Shown here in pieces: positions 46,959-55,797 of a stretch of DNA of 64,000 nucleotides. The position numbers and the translations under genes were made by a program. The DNA is from Candidatus Omnitrophota bacterium (GTDB lineage Bacteria > Omnitrophota > Gorgyraeia > Gygaellales > Profunditerraquicolaceae): assembly GCA_023227985.1 (NCBI GenBank), contig JALOCB010000005.1, positions 5,983-69,982 on the forward strand. The letters are read 5' to 3'. Below the pieces are notes generated by a model. It had not been told where the DNA came from. It worked only from the letters and a program-made list of their open reading frames with translations, and made no database searches. Position 1 is the first letter of the stretch. Every line of letters starts with the position of its first letter.

Positions 46959-49782
46959 GGTCATTACGTACGGCTTCAAGGATAATTTCATCGCGAAAAT
47001 TAGCGATTTCCTCTGCCAAAACTACGCGGGGAAAGAACGCGATTTCAGCAGGATCGCTTTGGTTTTTGGCGGCAAACGCCCGGCCTTATTCATGAAGCGC
47101 GAGCTGGCCAACAGGATCAAGAAGGCGTATTTGCCTCCGGAATTCTATTCGATGGATGAGTTCGTACGCTCGATCGCGCTTGTCGAACCCGGATATCCGC
47201 CGATCAGCGTAATGGACGGCTGTTTCCTGCTTTATACGATCTGCCGCGAAATACTGCCGGAGATGCTCAAAGGCAGGGAGCGCTTCTCACAATTCTATCC
47301 GTGGTCCAGGGAATTACTGTTGTTCATCGAGCAGTTGGATGTTGAAGATATCCGTCCGGACGCACTGAACAATATCCAGAAAAGCGCGTCGATCGGTTAC
47401 GATGTCCCGGAAAACATCAATATCCTGCTTAAGAACATTATTTTATTGCGGGAGTCATTCCACAATGAATTAAAGAAACAGAAGCGGTATTCCCGGGGGC
47501 TTTTGTACCGTATGGCGGCGGAGATGTCCAGCCGAACGGCGAAAAACGGCTTTGAGCGGTTATTTTTCTGCAATCTTTTCTACCTGCATCGCACCGAAAA
47601 AACTATAATCCGTAACTATTACGACGCTGAAGCGGCAACGCTTTTCTTTCAGAAAGATGATAAACGCTGGCCGGTGCTGGATGAGTTAGAAAAAGAGCTG
47701 GGCATAAAGATCCCCCCGGAGAAACCGGCAAAAAGCGGATATATGCTGAATATATATTCCGGTTTCGATACGCATTCCCAGGTCTGCCTGGTGCGCGAGA
47801 TACTAAGAGACACGCCTGACCGTGACAAGACCGTTATACTGCTGCCTGACCCGGACAGCGTCATTCCCCTGCTTTCGGAGATAACCGGCATTGCCCAGGA
47901 TTATAATGTTTCCATAGGTTATCCTTTGAAACGCAGCGCCCTGTATTCGCTCTTGGAATTGATCTTCAAGGCCCAGGAAACAATGAAGAGCGGCAAGTAT
48001 TATACCCGCGATTATTTAAAGGCGATCAGCCATCCTTTGATCAAGAACCTGAAGCCGCAAACCGCCGACCCGGTTGTAACCCGCGTGCTTTGCCATAAGA
48101 TAGAGGAGTACCTGACCGGTATGCGCGAAAGCGAGGTGTCCGGAAGCCATTTTATCGGCCCTGATGAGGTCGAGGAGATGGGGGATATTTACAGCCAGGC
48201 GCAGGAAACCCTCTGCGGAATGGGGCTGGAAATAAACGCGAGCCGGCTAAAAAAGGACATCTGCCGGCTGCATCATTTGCTTTTTTATTCCTGGCAGGGG
48301 CTTGGCGACTTCCGGGGGTTCGCGGACTGCCTGGAAAGCCTGCTTAACGCGCTGATCAAAGACAGCCTGTTGCCTAATTACCCGGTAAATCTCCTGGTCA
48401 CCCGCCGGATGCTGGAGATCTGCCGTGAATTGGGCAAAGCGGATTTTTCCGCGGAGCAGTTCAGCGCCGGCGATATCTACCGCATTTTTATGGACGGCCT
48501 GGAAAAAGAAATGGTCGCGTTTTCCGGTTCCCCGCTGAAGGGCCTGCAGATCCTGGGGCTTTTTGAGACCAGGTCGCTGAATTTCGAGAACGTGATCGTT
48601 ATGGATATGAATGAAGGTGTCCTGCCCAAATTGAATATTTATGAGCCGTTGATACCCCGCGAGGTGATGCTGGCCCTGGGATTGAACCGGCTGGAGAAGG
48701 AAGACGAGATACAGCGTTATCAATTCATGCGGCTTTTGGGCGCGGCAAAGCAGGCGTACCTGGTGTATGCGGCCGGGACCGACAAGGAAAAAAGCAGGTT
48801 CATCCAGGAATTGATCTGGGAAAAACAGAAAGCTGCCGGGGCCTTGGGCGCGGACCCGGCCATCCACGCCAACTTCGGGATAAAGATCCGGCCGGAACAG
48901 CAGGAAATACCCAAAAATAAAGAGATGGTAGAATTCTTAGCTAACCGGACATTCTCCGCGAGCAGGGTGAATACCTATCTTAACTGCCCGCTGCGTTTTT
49001 ATTACCAGTATGTCCTGGGTTTGGAGGAAAAAGAAGACCTGCTTGATGATCCCGAAGCCAGGGATATCGGAACATTCATCCACAACCTGCTGGAAGACGC
49101 CTATAAGCCGTTCCGGGGAAAAAAACCTCCATCATTCGACCGGGATTTCCGGAGTTACTTCGGCCGGATCCTTGAAAAAAGCTTTGACCGGGAATTCAGC
49201 CGCAAAATGAAATCCGATTCTTTTATGCTTAAAGAGATCGTATCTATGCGAATGAACAACTTTCTGGATTATGAAAGCCTCAGGGATATACAGGAGATAC
49301 TATGCCTGGAGGAGGAAAAAACAGGGTCGATCAACCTGTCCTGCGGCGGATTCCGGTTCAAATACCGGATCGACCGCATCGACCGGCTGAGGGATGAAAG
49401 TTTATTGATACTGGATTATAAAACAGGCAGCACCGACCTGAAACCCGCAAGCACAGAAAAGATACAAAGTAAGGGCTTTAGCCGGGAGGCTCTGAAAAAT
49501 ACGGTGAAATCCTTTCAACTGCCGCTGTATTACTATTTTATCAAAGATTGTTATTCCGGCCGCGATATAAACGCAGCGTTCTACAACCTCAAAAGCCCCG
49601 CGATAACCGCTCTTTTCAAGGACGAAGAAAAACAGGACAAGGGCCTGGCCATGGAGGTATTCATAAAGGGGCTGGACGCGCTGATCGGCGAAATGCTGGA
49701 CCCCGCAGCAACATTCCGTCCAGACGACGAAAACCCGAATTACTGCGCGATTTGCCCATATTCCTGCCTCTGCCGGCGATAA
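46939..49782 (+). CDS. AddB-like PD-(D/E)XK nuclease subunit with C-terminal Fe-S Cys cluster (no Walker A)
   Basis: 947 aa; C-terminal NCPLRF…DRIDR…LDYKTG…YCAICPYSCLC (Cys-X…Cys-X2-Cys-X4-Cys arrangement typical of the AddB iron-staple nuclease). Confidence 0.7.
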   Translation: MRKWMDKVITYGFKDNFIAKISDFLCQNYAGKERDFSRIALVFGGKRPALFMKRELANRIKKAYLPPEFYSMDEFVRSIALVEPGYPPISVMDGCFLLYTICREILPEMLKGRERFSQFYPWSRELLLFIEQLDVEDIRPDALNNIQKSASIGYDVPENINILLKNIILLRESFHNELKKQKRYSRGLLYRMAAEMSSRTAKNGFERLFFCNLFYLHRTEKTIIRNYYDAEAATLFFQKDDKRWPVLDELEKELGIKIPPEKPAKSGYMLNIYSGFDTHSQVCLVREILRDTPDRDKTVILLPDPDSVIPLLSEITGIAQDYNVSIGYPLKRSALYSLLELIFKAQETMKSGKYYTRDYLKAISHPLIKNLKPQTADPVVTRVLCHKIEEYLTGMRESEVSGSHFIGPDEVEEMGDIYSQAQETLCGMGLEINASRLKKDICRLHHLLFYSWQGLGDFRGFADCLESLLNALIKDSLLPNYPVNLLVTRRMLEICRELGKADFSAEQFSAGDIYRIFMDGLEKEMVAFSGSPLKGLQILGLFETRSLNFENVIVMDMNEGVLPKLNIYEPLIPREVMLALGLNRLEKEDEIQRYQFMRLLGAAKQAYLVYAAGTDKEKSRFIQELIWEKQKAAGALGADPAIHANFGIKIRPEQQEIPKNKEMVEFLANRTFSASRVNTYLNCPLRFYYQYVLGLEEKEDLLDDPEARDIGTFIHNLLEDAYKPFRGKKPPSFDRDFRSYFGRILEKSFDREFSRKMKSDSFMLKEIVSMRMNNFLDYESLRDIQEILCLEEEKTGSINLSCGGFRFKYRIDRIDRLRDESLLILDYKTGSTDLKPASTEKIQSKGFSREALKNTVKSFQLPLYYYFIKDCYSGRDINAAFYNLKSPAITALFKDEEKQDKGLAMEVFIKGLDALIGEMLDPAATFRPDDENPNYCAICPYSCLCRR

Positions 49783-49793
49783 CCAAGTAATTA

Positions 49794-49821
49794 TTGATTA
49801 CGGGCTTCTTTATGATATAAT
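49794..49821 (+). promoter_or_regulatory. Candidate sigma70 promoter with extended -10 for the downstream accessory operon
   Basis: TTGATT (49794-49799), 16-nt spacer, TGaTATAAT (49813-49821); RBS GAGGGGGTG before ATG 49856. Confidence 0.45.
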
Positions 49822-49855
49822 CGCATAAGAAGCGTTTAAATCGAGGGGGTGAAAA

Positions 49856-50923
49856 ATGAGTGGCCGGATCAAATTTTTATCCGCTATTTTTGTTGTCGTG
49901 CTGGCCGTTTGTCCGAACGCGGCTTTCGCCGATACGCTCATCTTAACAGACGGGCAAAAGATAGAAGGAAAAATAATAAAAAAGGCCGACTCTTTCATCC
50001 GTATCGAGGAAAACGGCATACCGATCACATATTTTTCAGAAGAGATAAAAGAAATCATTGAATCCCCTCTGGCCCCCGCGGCCGCTGATATAAACCCGCC
50101 GGGCAATACGGCGGTAAACGCCAGTCCTTACCCTGATGCCAAAGCTGACGGCGATACAAGATCCATTCTCGCCGCCGAACCGCCCGCGAATCAAGCTGAT
50201 GCCCCGCGCATAGATTTGCGCGACCTTGATCGCGACAAACTAACCTCGACTATTAAGAATTTTTTCCTGCATCAGTATGATGCGGACCTAACGCAGTTTT
50301 TTACCAGCGTTACGGATGAATTCAGGGAAATTTTTTTGTTTAACCGGGCAAAACGCAATATCCGCCAAGCAAATGATATCCGGGAGGGTATGGAGGATTT
50401 TACGCTTGATGATATTGTCTTGAACGCCGATAACAATTCCATCACGGTCAGCGTTTCTTTTTTTCTGAGCGCTTCATATAAAACCGTCATATTAAAAAGG
50501 GAAGTTTCCGGATGGAAAATAAACAATATACAGCACGCCCAAGGCGAATCCTGGGTTGAAAATCCGGGAATTTCAAATATTCCCGATTACGATAAGATAA
50601 CCGAGGTTATTTGGAATTTTTTCCTGCATCAGAACGATGCGGATCTAACACAGTGTTTTACCAGCGTTACGGATGAATTCAGGAAGATCAGGCAGGCGCA
50701 TATGAAAAAGCGCCGGGTCGGAAACACTGAATCATTGTCCGTAAACAAAAAGAATTTCAGGATGTTTACCCTTGATCTGACCGGCAATACCGGCATGGCA
50801 AACGTTTCCTTCAATTCCGGACCATTGACCATGCGGGTTATAATGAAGCGGAAAGGGGATGACTGGAAAGTGAACGAGATAATAAACAGCACTGAAGGCG
50901 CCGCCCCAGCCAGGTCGTACTAA
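49856..50923 (+). CDS. Secreted protein with two tandem ~110-aa NTF2-like (DUF4878-like) repeat domains
   Basis: Signal peptide MSGRIKFLSAIFVVVLAVCPNAAFA. Two repeats share NFFLHQ[YN]DADLTQ[FC]FTSVTDEFR and a C-terminal …WK[IV]N[NE]I…. Confidence 0.55.
   Translation: MSGRIKFLSAIFVVVLAVCPNAAFADTLILTDGQKIEGKIIKKADSFIRIEENGIPITYFSEEIKEIIESPLAPAAADINPPGNTAVNASPYPDAKADGDTRSILAAEPPANQADAPRIDLRDLDRDKLTSTIKNFFLHQYDADLTQFFTSVTDEFREIFLFNRAKRNIRQANDIREGMEDFTLDDIVLNADNNSITVSVSFFLSASYKTVILKREVSGWKINNIQHAQGESWVENPGISNIPDYDKITEVIWNFFLHQNDADLTQCFTSVTDEFRKIRQAHMKKRRVGNTESLSVNKKNFRMFTLDLTGNTGMANVSFNSGPLTMRVIMKRKGDDWKVNEIINSTEGAAPARSY
50258..50683 (+). repeat. Direct repeat: two 69-nt copies (50258-50326 and 50615-50683), about 93% identical, inside the tandem-repeat gene
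   Basis: aattttttcctgcatcag…ttttaccagcgttacggatgaattcagg appears twice with 5 mismatches; flanking repeat sequence is much more diverged. Confidence 0.8.
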
Positions 50924-50943
50924 ATTATCAACTGTTTTTCATT

Positions 50944-52002
50944 GTGCCATATACACCCTCTAAAAAACCTCGAACGAATATCGGTATTCGCCATCGCATG
51001 TCGAAAAAAAACACGCGTATAAGCCTGATCGCCATTTTGTTTTTTATAGCCGCGGAATTGCTGTTGCGGTTATTTGGCTGGGGCCCCGCGCCGCACGTAT
51101 ACGAGGAGATCCTTGACCCCGAGATCCAATGGCTCCATACCGCAGGTTTTAAAGGGCGCGTATGGGAAACAGATATCGAAATAAGCCCTCAAAGGATAAG
51201 GGACCGGATCTATTCAATCAATAAACCCAAATATACATTCCGGGTCATCGCAGTCGGTGAATGCACTGTTTTCGGCCGGGCGGTCGCTCTGGAAGAATCT
51301 TTCGTAAAACGATTAGAAGTATTGCTCAATGAACGCAAACCGTTCAAAAACATTAATGACTACGAAGTTATCAATGCGGGCTGCGGCCAATATAACGACC
51401 TCCAAAAAGAAGCCTTTCTCGAGAAATACTGGATGCGCTATAACCCTGACTTGATAATCTTCGGCCATGATCTGGGCTCCAAGGTATGGCTGGAAACCAG
51501 GCTTAAGCTGAGATGGTTCAGCTTGATTCGCGATCGAACGCCTAAACAACTGTATTCCGCGCGTTTTCTGGTATCTTTAATAGAACGTTTTATTATCGCG
51601 CCGGTGGCGCTGAAAATGTCGCACTATGACGAAAAAAATACCGTGCTGACCCGCTATACGGGCGAAGGGCTGCGCCATATTAAAACCGACCAAGCGTTAA
51701 AAAGGCTGTCCTTGTTAAGCCGAAAAACGGATGTCCCCGCCATAATCGTTTTTGTGCCCTGGTTAGGCGATTTATCCGAGGGCAGTTACCCCCATAAATG
51801 GGTGCATGAACTTTACAAAAAAAAGTGCGCGAAAAGCAACCTGGATGTATTGGATCTTTATGACGTCTATTTCAAGAACAAGCAATGCGATTTGTTCTGG
51901 GTCAGCGACGCAAACCGCCGGCCGAACGCGTTAGCGCACAAGATCATAGCCGAAGAGGTTTATCAGGAAATCGTGAAACGGGCTTCTTTGCCTAAAAAAT
52001 AA
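50944..52002 (+). CDS. Membrane-anchored SGNH/GDSL-hydrolase-like protein (AlgJ/DltD-like topology), non-canonical catalytic motifs
   Basis: N-terminal TM helix ISLIAILFFIAAELLLRLFGW. Block-I-like VIAVGECTVFG has GEC instead of GDS. C-terminal SDANRRPNALAH resembles block V. Real start may be ATG 50998. Confidence 0.4.
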   Translation: MPYTPSKKPRTNIGIRHRMSKKNTRISLIAILFFIAAELLLRLFGWGPAPHVYEEILDPEIQWLHTAGFKGRVWETDIEISPQRIRDRIYSINKPKYTFRVIAVGECTVFGRAVALEESFVKRLEVLLNERKPFKNINDYEVINAGCGQYNDLQKEAFLEKYWMRYNPDLIIFGHDLGSKVWLETRLKLRWFSLIRDRTPKQLYSARFLVSLIERFIIAPVALKMSHYDEKNTVLTRYTGEGLRHIKTDQALKRLSLLSRKTDVPAIIVFVPWLGDLSEGSYPHKWVHELYKKKCAKSNLDVLDLYDVYFKNKQCDLFWVSDANRRPNALAHKIIAEEVYQEIVKRASLPKK

Positions 52003-52019
52003 AAGGAACAGATATCACA

Positions 52020-53198
52020 GTGGACAAAAACCTTTGTTTAAAAATATTATTTATCGCTATATCCGCGGGCGCTTGTATGATCTCTTGCGCGTTCAGGCTG
52101 GGCGCCGATGATAATGCCCTGCCTATCCGGTTGGGTTATTTTCATGGCGGCCGGACAGTTTTATTGCTGCGCGCGTATGAAAATGCTGAATTCGATAAAA
52201 ACGGAATCCCGGTTGAGTTTTATTCAAAGAGGTTATATGAAAAAAACTATAAATTGATCCCAAAATCGATCCGGGAATTCAATCAGGGAGGGGGGAACAA
52301 AGCCGGCGCGGTTACCGGCACGGAATTCATGGAAGAGGTCATGAACAAGCAATTTGACCTGGCGGTAGTCGGGGAAAGTTCTTTTATCCGTTCAGTGTGC
52401 GAAGGGCAGCCGGTGGTCGCCATTGCCGAGCTGGGGCATGATGTGCGCGGGCATTCCGGGCATGTTTTCGCGATGAAAAAAGGCTTTAAAGCGGCGAGGC
52501 CTTCGGACTACCTGGGAAAGGTTTTGATCTCCAGGCGGGCCGGCGCCGCGGACGCTATGTTCTTGCGGGAATTCCTTAAAAAAGAAGGGCTCGACACAGA
52601 AAAACAGATATTGCAACTGGACGCCTTGCCCTCCACCCGGGAAGAAAAAAGAAAGCTTCCGAAGAATAAAGTGATAATTGTCGATAACCTGTTTGAAGAC
52701 AAAATGCAGGAAGGCATTGCCCGCGGCGTTATAGACGGCGGGTATTTTCACCTGATGGCTTATTCCAAAATAACCGGTTCATTTAAGATGATCCGGCCCT
52801 TGCATTATTGGGCTGATCCCGAACTTTCCCACGCCCTTTTAGTCTGCCGCAAAGAATTTCTGGAAAACAATAAGGAGCGCTTAACCGCATTTCTTGAGGT
52901 TTATATCAAACGGATACAATACGAGCACGGCCTCAGTTACGAAGATAGGACTAAAAAACAACCCAAGGGGCTGCAGATGGCGGTCAATCTTGACGGGCTT
53001 AATTATCCGCAGTATGATATCGTCCCGATCGTAAACCCCGGGTTGTTATACAGGGTTATGGGATTGTTGAGGAAATATAACTATATCGCCGATAAAAACG
53101 TAAAGATCGAGGATTTTATAGACAATAGCCTGGTATATAAGGCATTAGAGAACCTGGGGATCGGCGAAAAAGATGACCATTGGCAGTCGGAATATTAA
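52020..53198 (+). CDS. Periplasmic solute-binding protein, NitT/TauT (SsuA/NMT1/PhnD-like) superfamily; orphan, no permease or ATPase adjacent
   Basis: GTG start; signal peptide; …LGYFHGGRTVLLLRA… and overall type-2 periplasmic binding protein pattern. Confidence 0.5.
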   Translation: MDKNLCLKILFIAISAGACMISCAFRLGADDNALPIRLGYFHGGRTVLLLRAYENAEFDKNGIPVEFYSKRLYEKNYKLIPKSIREFNQGGGNKAGAVTGTEFMEEVMNKQFDLAVVGESSFIRSVCEGQPVVAIAELGHDVRGHSGHVFAMKKGFKAARPSDYLGKVLISRRAGAADAMFLREFLKKEGLDTEKQILQLDALPSTREEKRKLPKNKVIIVDNLFEDKMQEGIARGVIDGGYFHLMAYSKITGSFKMIRPLHYWADPELSHALLVCRKEFLENNKERLTAFLEVYIKRIQYEHGLSYEDRTKKQPKGLQMAVNLDGLNYPQYDIVPIVNPGLLYRVMGLLRKYNYIADKNVKIEDFIDNSLVYKALENLGIGEKDDHWQSEY

Positions 53199-54207
53199 AA
53201 GAACGGCGGTCCTGCTGGCTGTCCTGTTGATAAGCGGCAAATTCGCGTTTGCCGGGGTTCAGGGACAAGGCCGCAACACCGGCGATTTTACCAATATCAT
53301 CCTGGTAGGCTGGGACGGAACTAACCGGGATATTTTAACGGACTTCCTGCGCGCGGGTAAGCTGCCGAACCTGAAAGAGATAATGCGCGCGGGAGCAATG
53401 GTCAATACCGAGATCACCACGGGACGGACCGAGACTAAGCCGGGATGGGCGGAGATATTGACCGGATATAGCAGCAAGACTGTCGGGGTCCTGGCTAACC
53501 GGATTAACTATAAACCTATACCGGCGGGCTATACTGTTTTCGAAAGGTTGGAGGACGCGTTTGGGGATCGGGGGATCATAACAATATTCCTGGCCGGAAA
53601 AAGGCAGAATTTAGGAGCGCGCGGCCGGCATCGCGTATGGGTCACCGGTCCCAGAAAAGGATGGGACCGCGAAGAAGTCTGGGCAAAAGGCGATTTTTTG
53701 CCGGCCGAGGAAATGATATTATCATTCGAAGGAGAGCCATATTATACGGCTAAACCCCGTCTGGATGTTTATCAGAATGGATTGGGAAACGGCGAGGCAG
53801 TAGTTAAAAACACCCTTAAATACATCAAGAAATACGCGAAATCGCGTTTCTTTATGTTTACGCATTTTGAGGAGCCCGATGAACAGGGGCACGTTTTCGG
53901 GGGATATTCCGCGGAATATGGCCAAGCCTTGATCAAAGACGACATCTGGCTGGGGAGGATCATTGCTGCATTAAAGAAACTGGGGATTTACGAAAAAACA
54001 TTGATCTACGTTGTCACTGACCACGGTTTCGATATAAAAGGGGCCAAGCACCGCTATGAACCGCACACGTTCCTGATAACCAACGATCCCAAAGTGAAGC
54101 GAAATACCGGAGACAGGAAAGACCTTGCCCCGACGGTCCTATCCAGGTTCGGCCTGGACATTGATAAGATTGCCCCTTCTTTGGAAGGGGCTGATCTGAC
54201 CAGGTAG
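53173..54207 (+). CDS. Type I phosphodiesterase / nucleotide pyrophosphatase (NPP) family enzyme, secreted
   Basis: Signal peptide; IILVGWDGT (metal Asp), TETKPGWAEILTGY (Thr nucleophile region, compare TKTFPNHYTIVTGLYP), VVTDHGF. Confidence 0.65.
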   Translation: MTIGSRNIKRTAVLLAVLLISGKFAFAGVQGQGRNTGDFTNIILVGWDGTNRDILTDFLRAGKLPNLKEIMRAGAMVNTEITTGRTETKPGWAEILTGYSSKTVGVLANRINYKPIPAGYTVFERLEDAFGDRGIITIFLAGKRQNLGARGRHRVWVTGPRKGWDREEVWAKGDFLPAEEMILSFEGEPYYTAKPRLDVYQNGLGNGEAVVKNTLKYIKKYAKSRFFMFTHFEEPDEQGHVFGGYSAEYGQALIKDDIWLGRIIAALKKLGIYEKTLIYVVTDHGFDIKGAKHRYEPHTFLITNDPKVKRNTGDRKDLAPTVLSRFGLDIDKIAPSLEGADLTR

Positions 54208-54245
54208 GGCCGGGCAGTATGGTTTCTTAAAAAAACGGGTTTAAT

Positions 54246-55772
54246 ATGCTCATAACCAGGATAATATCAATCTTATTTCTCGCTGTGACTCTCGGGCAAG
54301 CCTGTAGTCAGGCCCAGCCTGATCCGGTTGCCTATGATTACGAGGATTTCAATCTAATCCTTATCGCCATCAATAATATCGGCGTCGAGCATATGAGTCT
54401 TTACGGATACAGCCGCCAGACCACCCCTAAACTGGATGCCTGGGCCAAGAATGCCCTGGTATTCGATGACGCGTATACCCCGGCATCCTGGACCCTGCCG
54501 GTGATGACTACCTTTTTTACTTCATTATACCCGTATACCCACGGGATCGCCAACCGTTCTTTTGATAATGCGCTGTCGCCCGAAACAGTCGTTTTGCCTG
54601 ATTTACTGCGAAGCTATGGATATGATACCGCCGCTTTTACCGGCGGCCTGGACAATAACAAGGTTTTCAGCCATATGAAAGGGTTCAACCATATCGCGGA
54701 TAATCCGGCGTATACGGGCTTTAAAATAACATTTAAACAAGCCTCTGACTGGCTCCGCAGGAATTCCGGGAAAAAGTTCTTTCTATTTATACAAGGTTAT
54801 GACGCGCACGCGCCTTTCAAGCCTCCGAAAAAGTTCAAGGGAGTATTCAGCGATACTGCCGGCAAGAAGATCACGATAAACCCGGATTTAACCTATCGCG
54901 GGTTTGAGGACCACGGCGGCCAATACTGGGCGCATTATTTCATCCCGGAAGAAGGCGCATATAACGGCCTGCGAAAAAGATGGAAGATAACGCCGCCGGT
55001 AAAAATAACCCGTGATGATATAGACCATCTGCGGGACCTTTATGATGAAGAAGTGCTATCTGTCGATTCGCAAACGGCAAGCTTCCTTGATTCTCTTGGT
55101 AAGGGTCTACTTAAAAATACAATAATCGTCGTTTTTTCCGAGCACGGGGAGATGTTCGCCAAGCATGGGAGGTTTGGGCGCGCAGGGACATTGCGCGGCG
55201 TGCTTTATGACGATGTGGTCCATGTGCCTTTGATGATAAAACTTCCCGGGCAAAAAGGCCGGAGGATAACCGGATTTGTCAATATGGCCGATATGATGCC
55301 GACAATCCTGGATTTATTGGGTATCCCCGCTATAAAGAATATCCAGGGGCTGTCCCTGATCCCGCTGATGAAGGATCAGACCCAGATAAATGATCATATC
55401 TATGCAGGCGCGTCGTATAACCTCACGAAGATACGCGAAAAAAAATTATATATGAACCCCAACGTCAATGAATCCATACGCAACGCCGATTGGAAGCTTA
55501 TACATGAGATAATTTATGAGCAGGAAAACCCGAAAATCCCCAGGTCCGAATGGCTCAATATCAAATCGGAGACATACGAGCTATATCATCTCGCGAGCGA
55601 CCCTGACGAACTTACGAATGTGCTCGATAAACATCCTCAAATGGCAACGGCGCTTTGCCAGAAACTAAAAAAGTGGTCTGAGGATTGCAGGAGTTTCAGT
55701 AACCACGCCGCGGTAACCTCAAAAATACCGGATGGCATATTAGAGGATGCCCGTGAAAACGGCTATTGGTAA
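54246..55772 (+). CDS. Secreted alkaline-phosphatase-superfamily 'sulfatase-fold' protein, Thr-type, paralog 1
   Basis: 508 aa; LILIAINNIG, TPASWTLP (Thr at the formylglycine position, no C-x-P-x-R), GYDAHAPF, FSEHGEMF. Confidence 0.7.
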   Translation: MLITRIISILFLAVTLGQACSQAQPDPVAYDYEDFNLILIAINNIGVEHMSLYGYSRQTTPKLDAWAKNALVFDDAYTPASWTLPVMTTFFTSLYPYTHGIANRSFDNALSPETVVLPDLLRSYGYDTAAFTGGLDNNKVFSHMKGFNHIADNPAYTGFKITFKQASDWLRRNSGKKFFLFIQGYDAHAPFKPPKKFKGVFSDTAGKKITINPDLTYRGFEDHGGQYWAHYFIPEEGAYNGLRKRWKITPPVKITRDDIDHLRDLYDEEVLSVDSQTASFLDSLGKGLLKNTIIVVFSEHGEMFAKHGRFGRAGTLRGVLYDDVVHVPLMIKLPGQKGRRITGFVNMADMMPTILDLLGIPAIKNIQGLSLIPLMKDQTQINDHIYAGASYNLTKIREKKLYMNPNVNESIRNADWKLIHEIIYEQENPKIPRSEWLNIKSETYELYHLASDPDELTNVLDKHPQMATALCQKLKKWSEDCRSFSNHAAVTSKIPDGILEDARENGYW

Positions 55773-55797
55773 TAACCGCTGATAATTTTAATACCCT

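Noticed and set aside
41861-49782. Interpretation of the helicase/nuclease trio as a phage-defence module (for example Gabija-like)
   Set aside because: Domain architecture matches AddA/AddB with the Fe-S staple, no OLD/ATPase partner is present, and it sits in a housekeeping dnaG-rpoD neighbourhood. It is kept only as a low-probability alternative.
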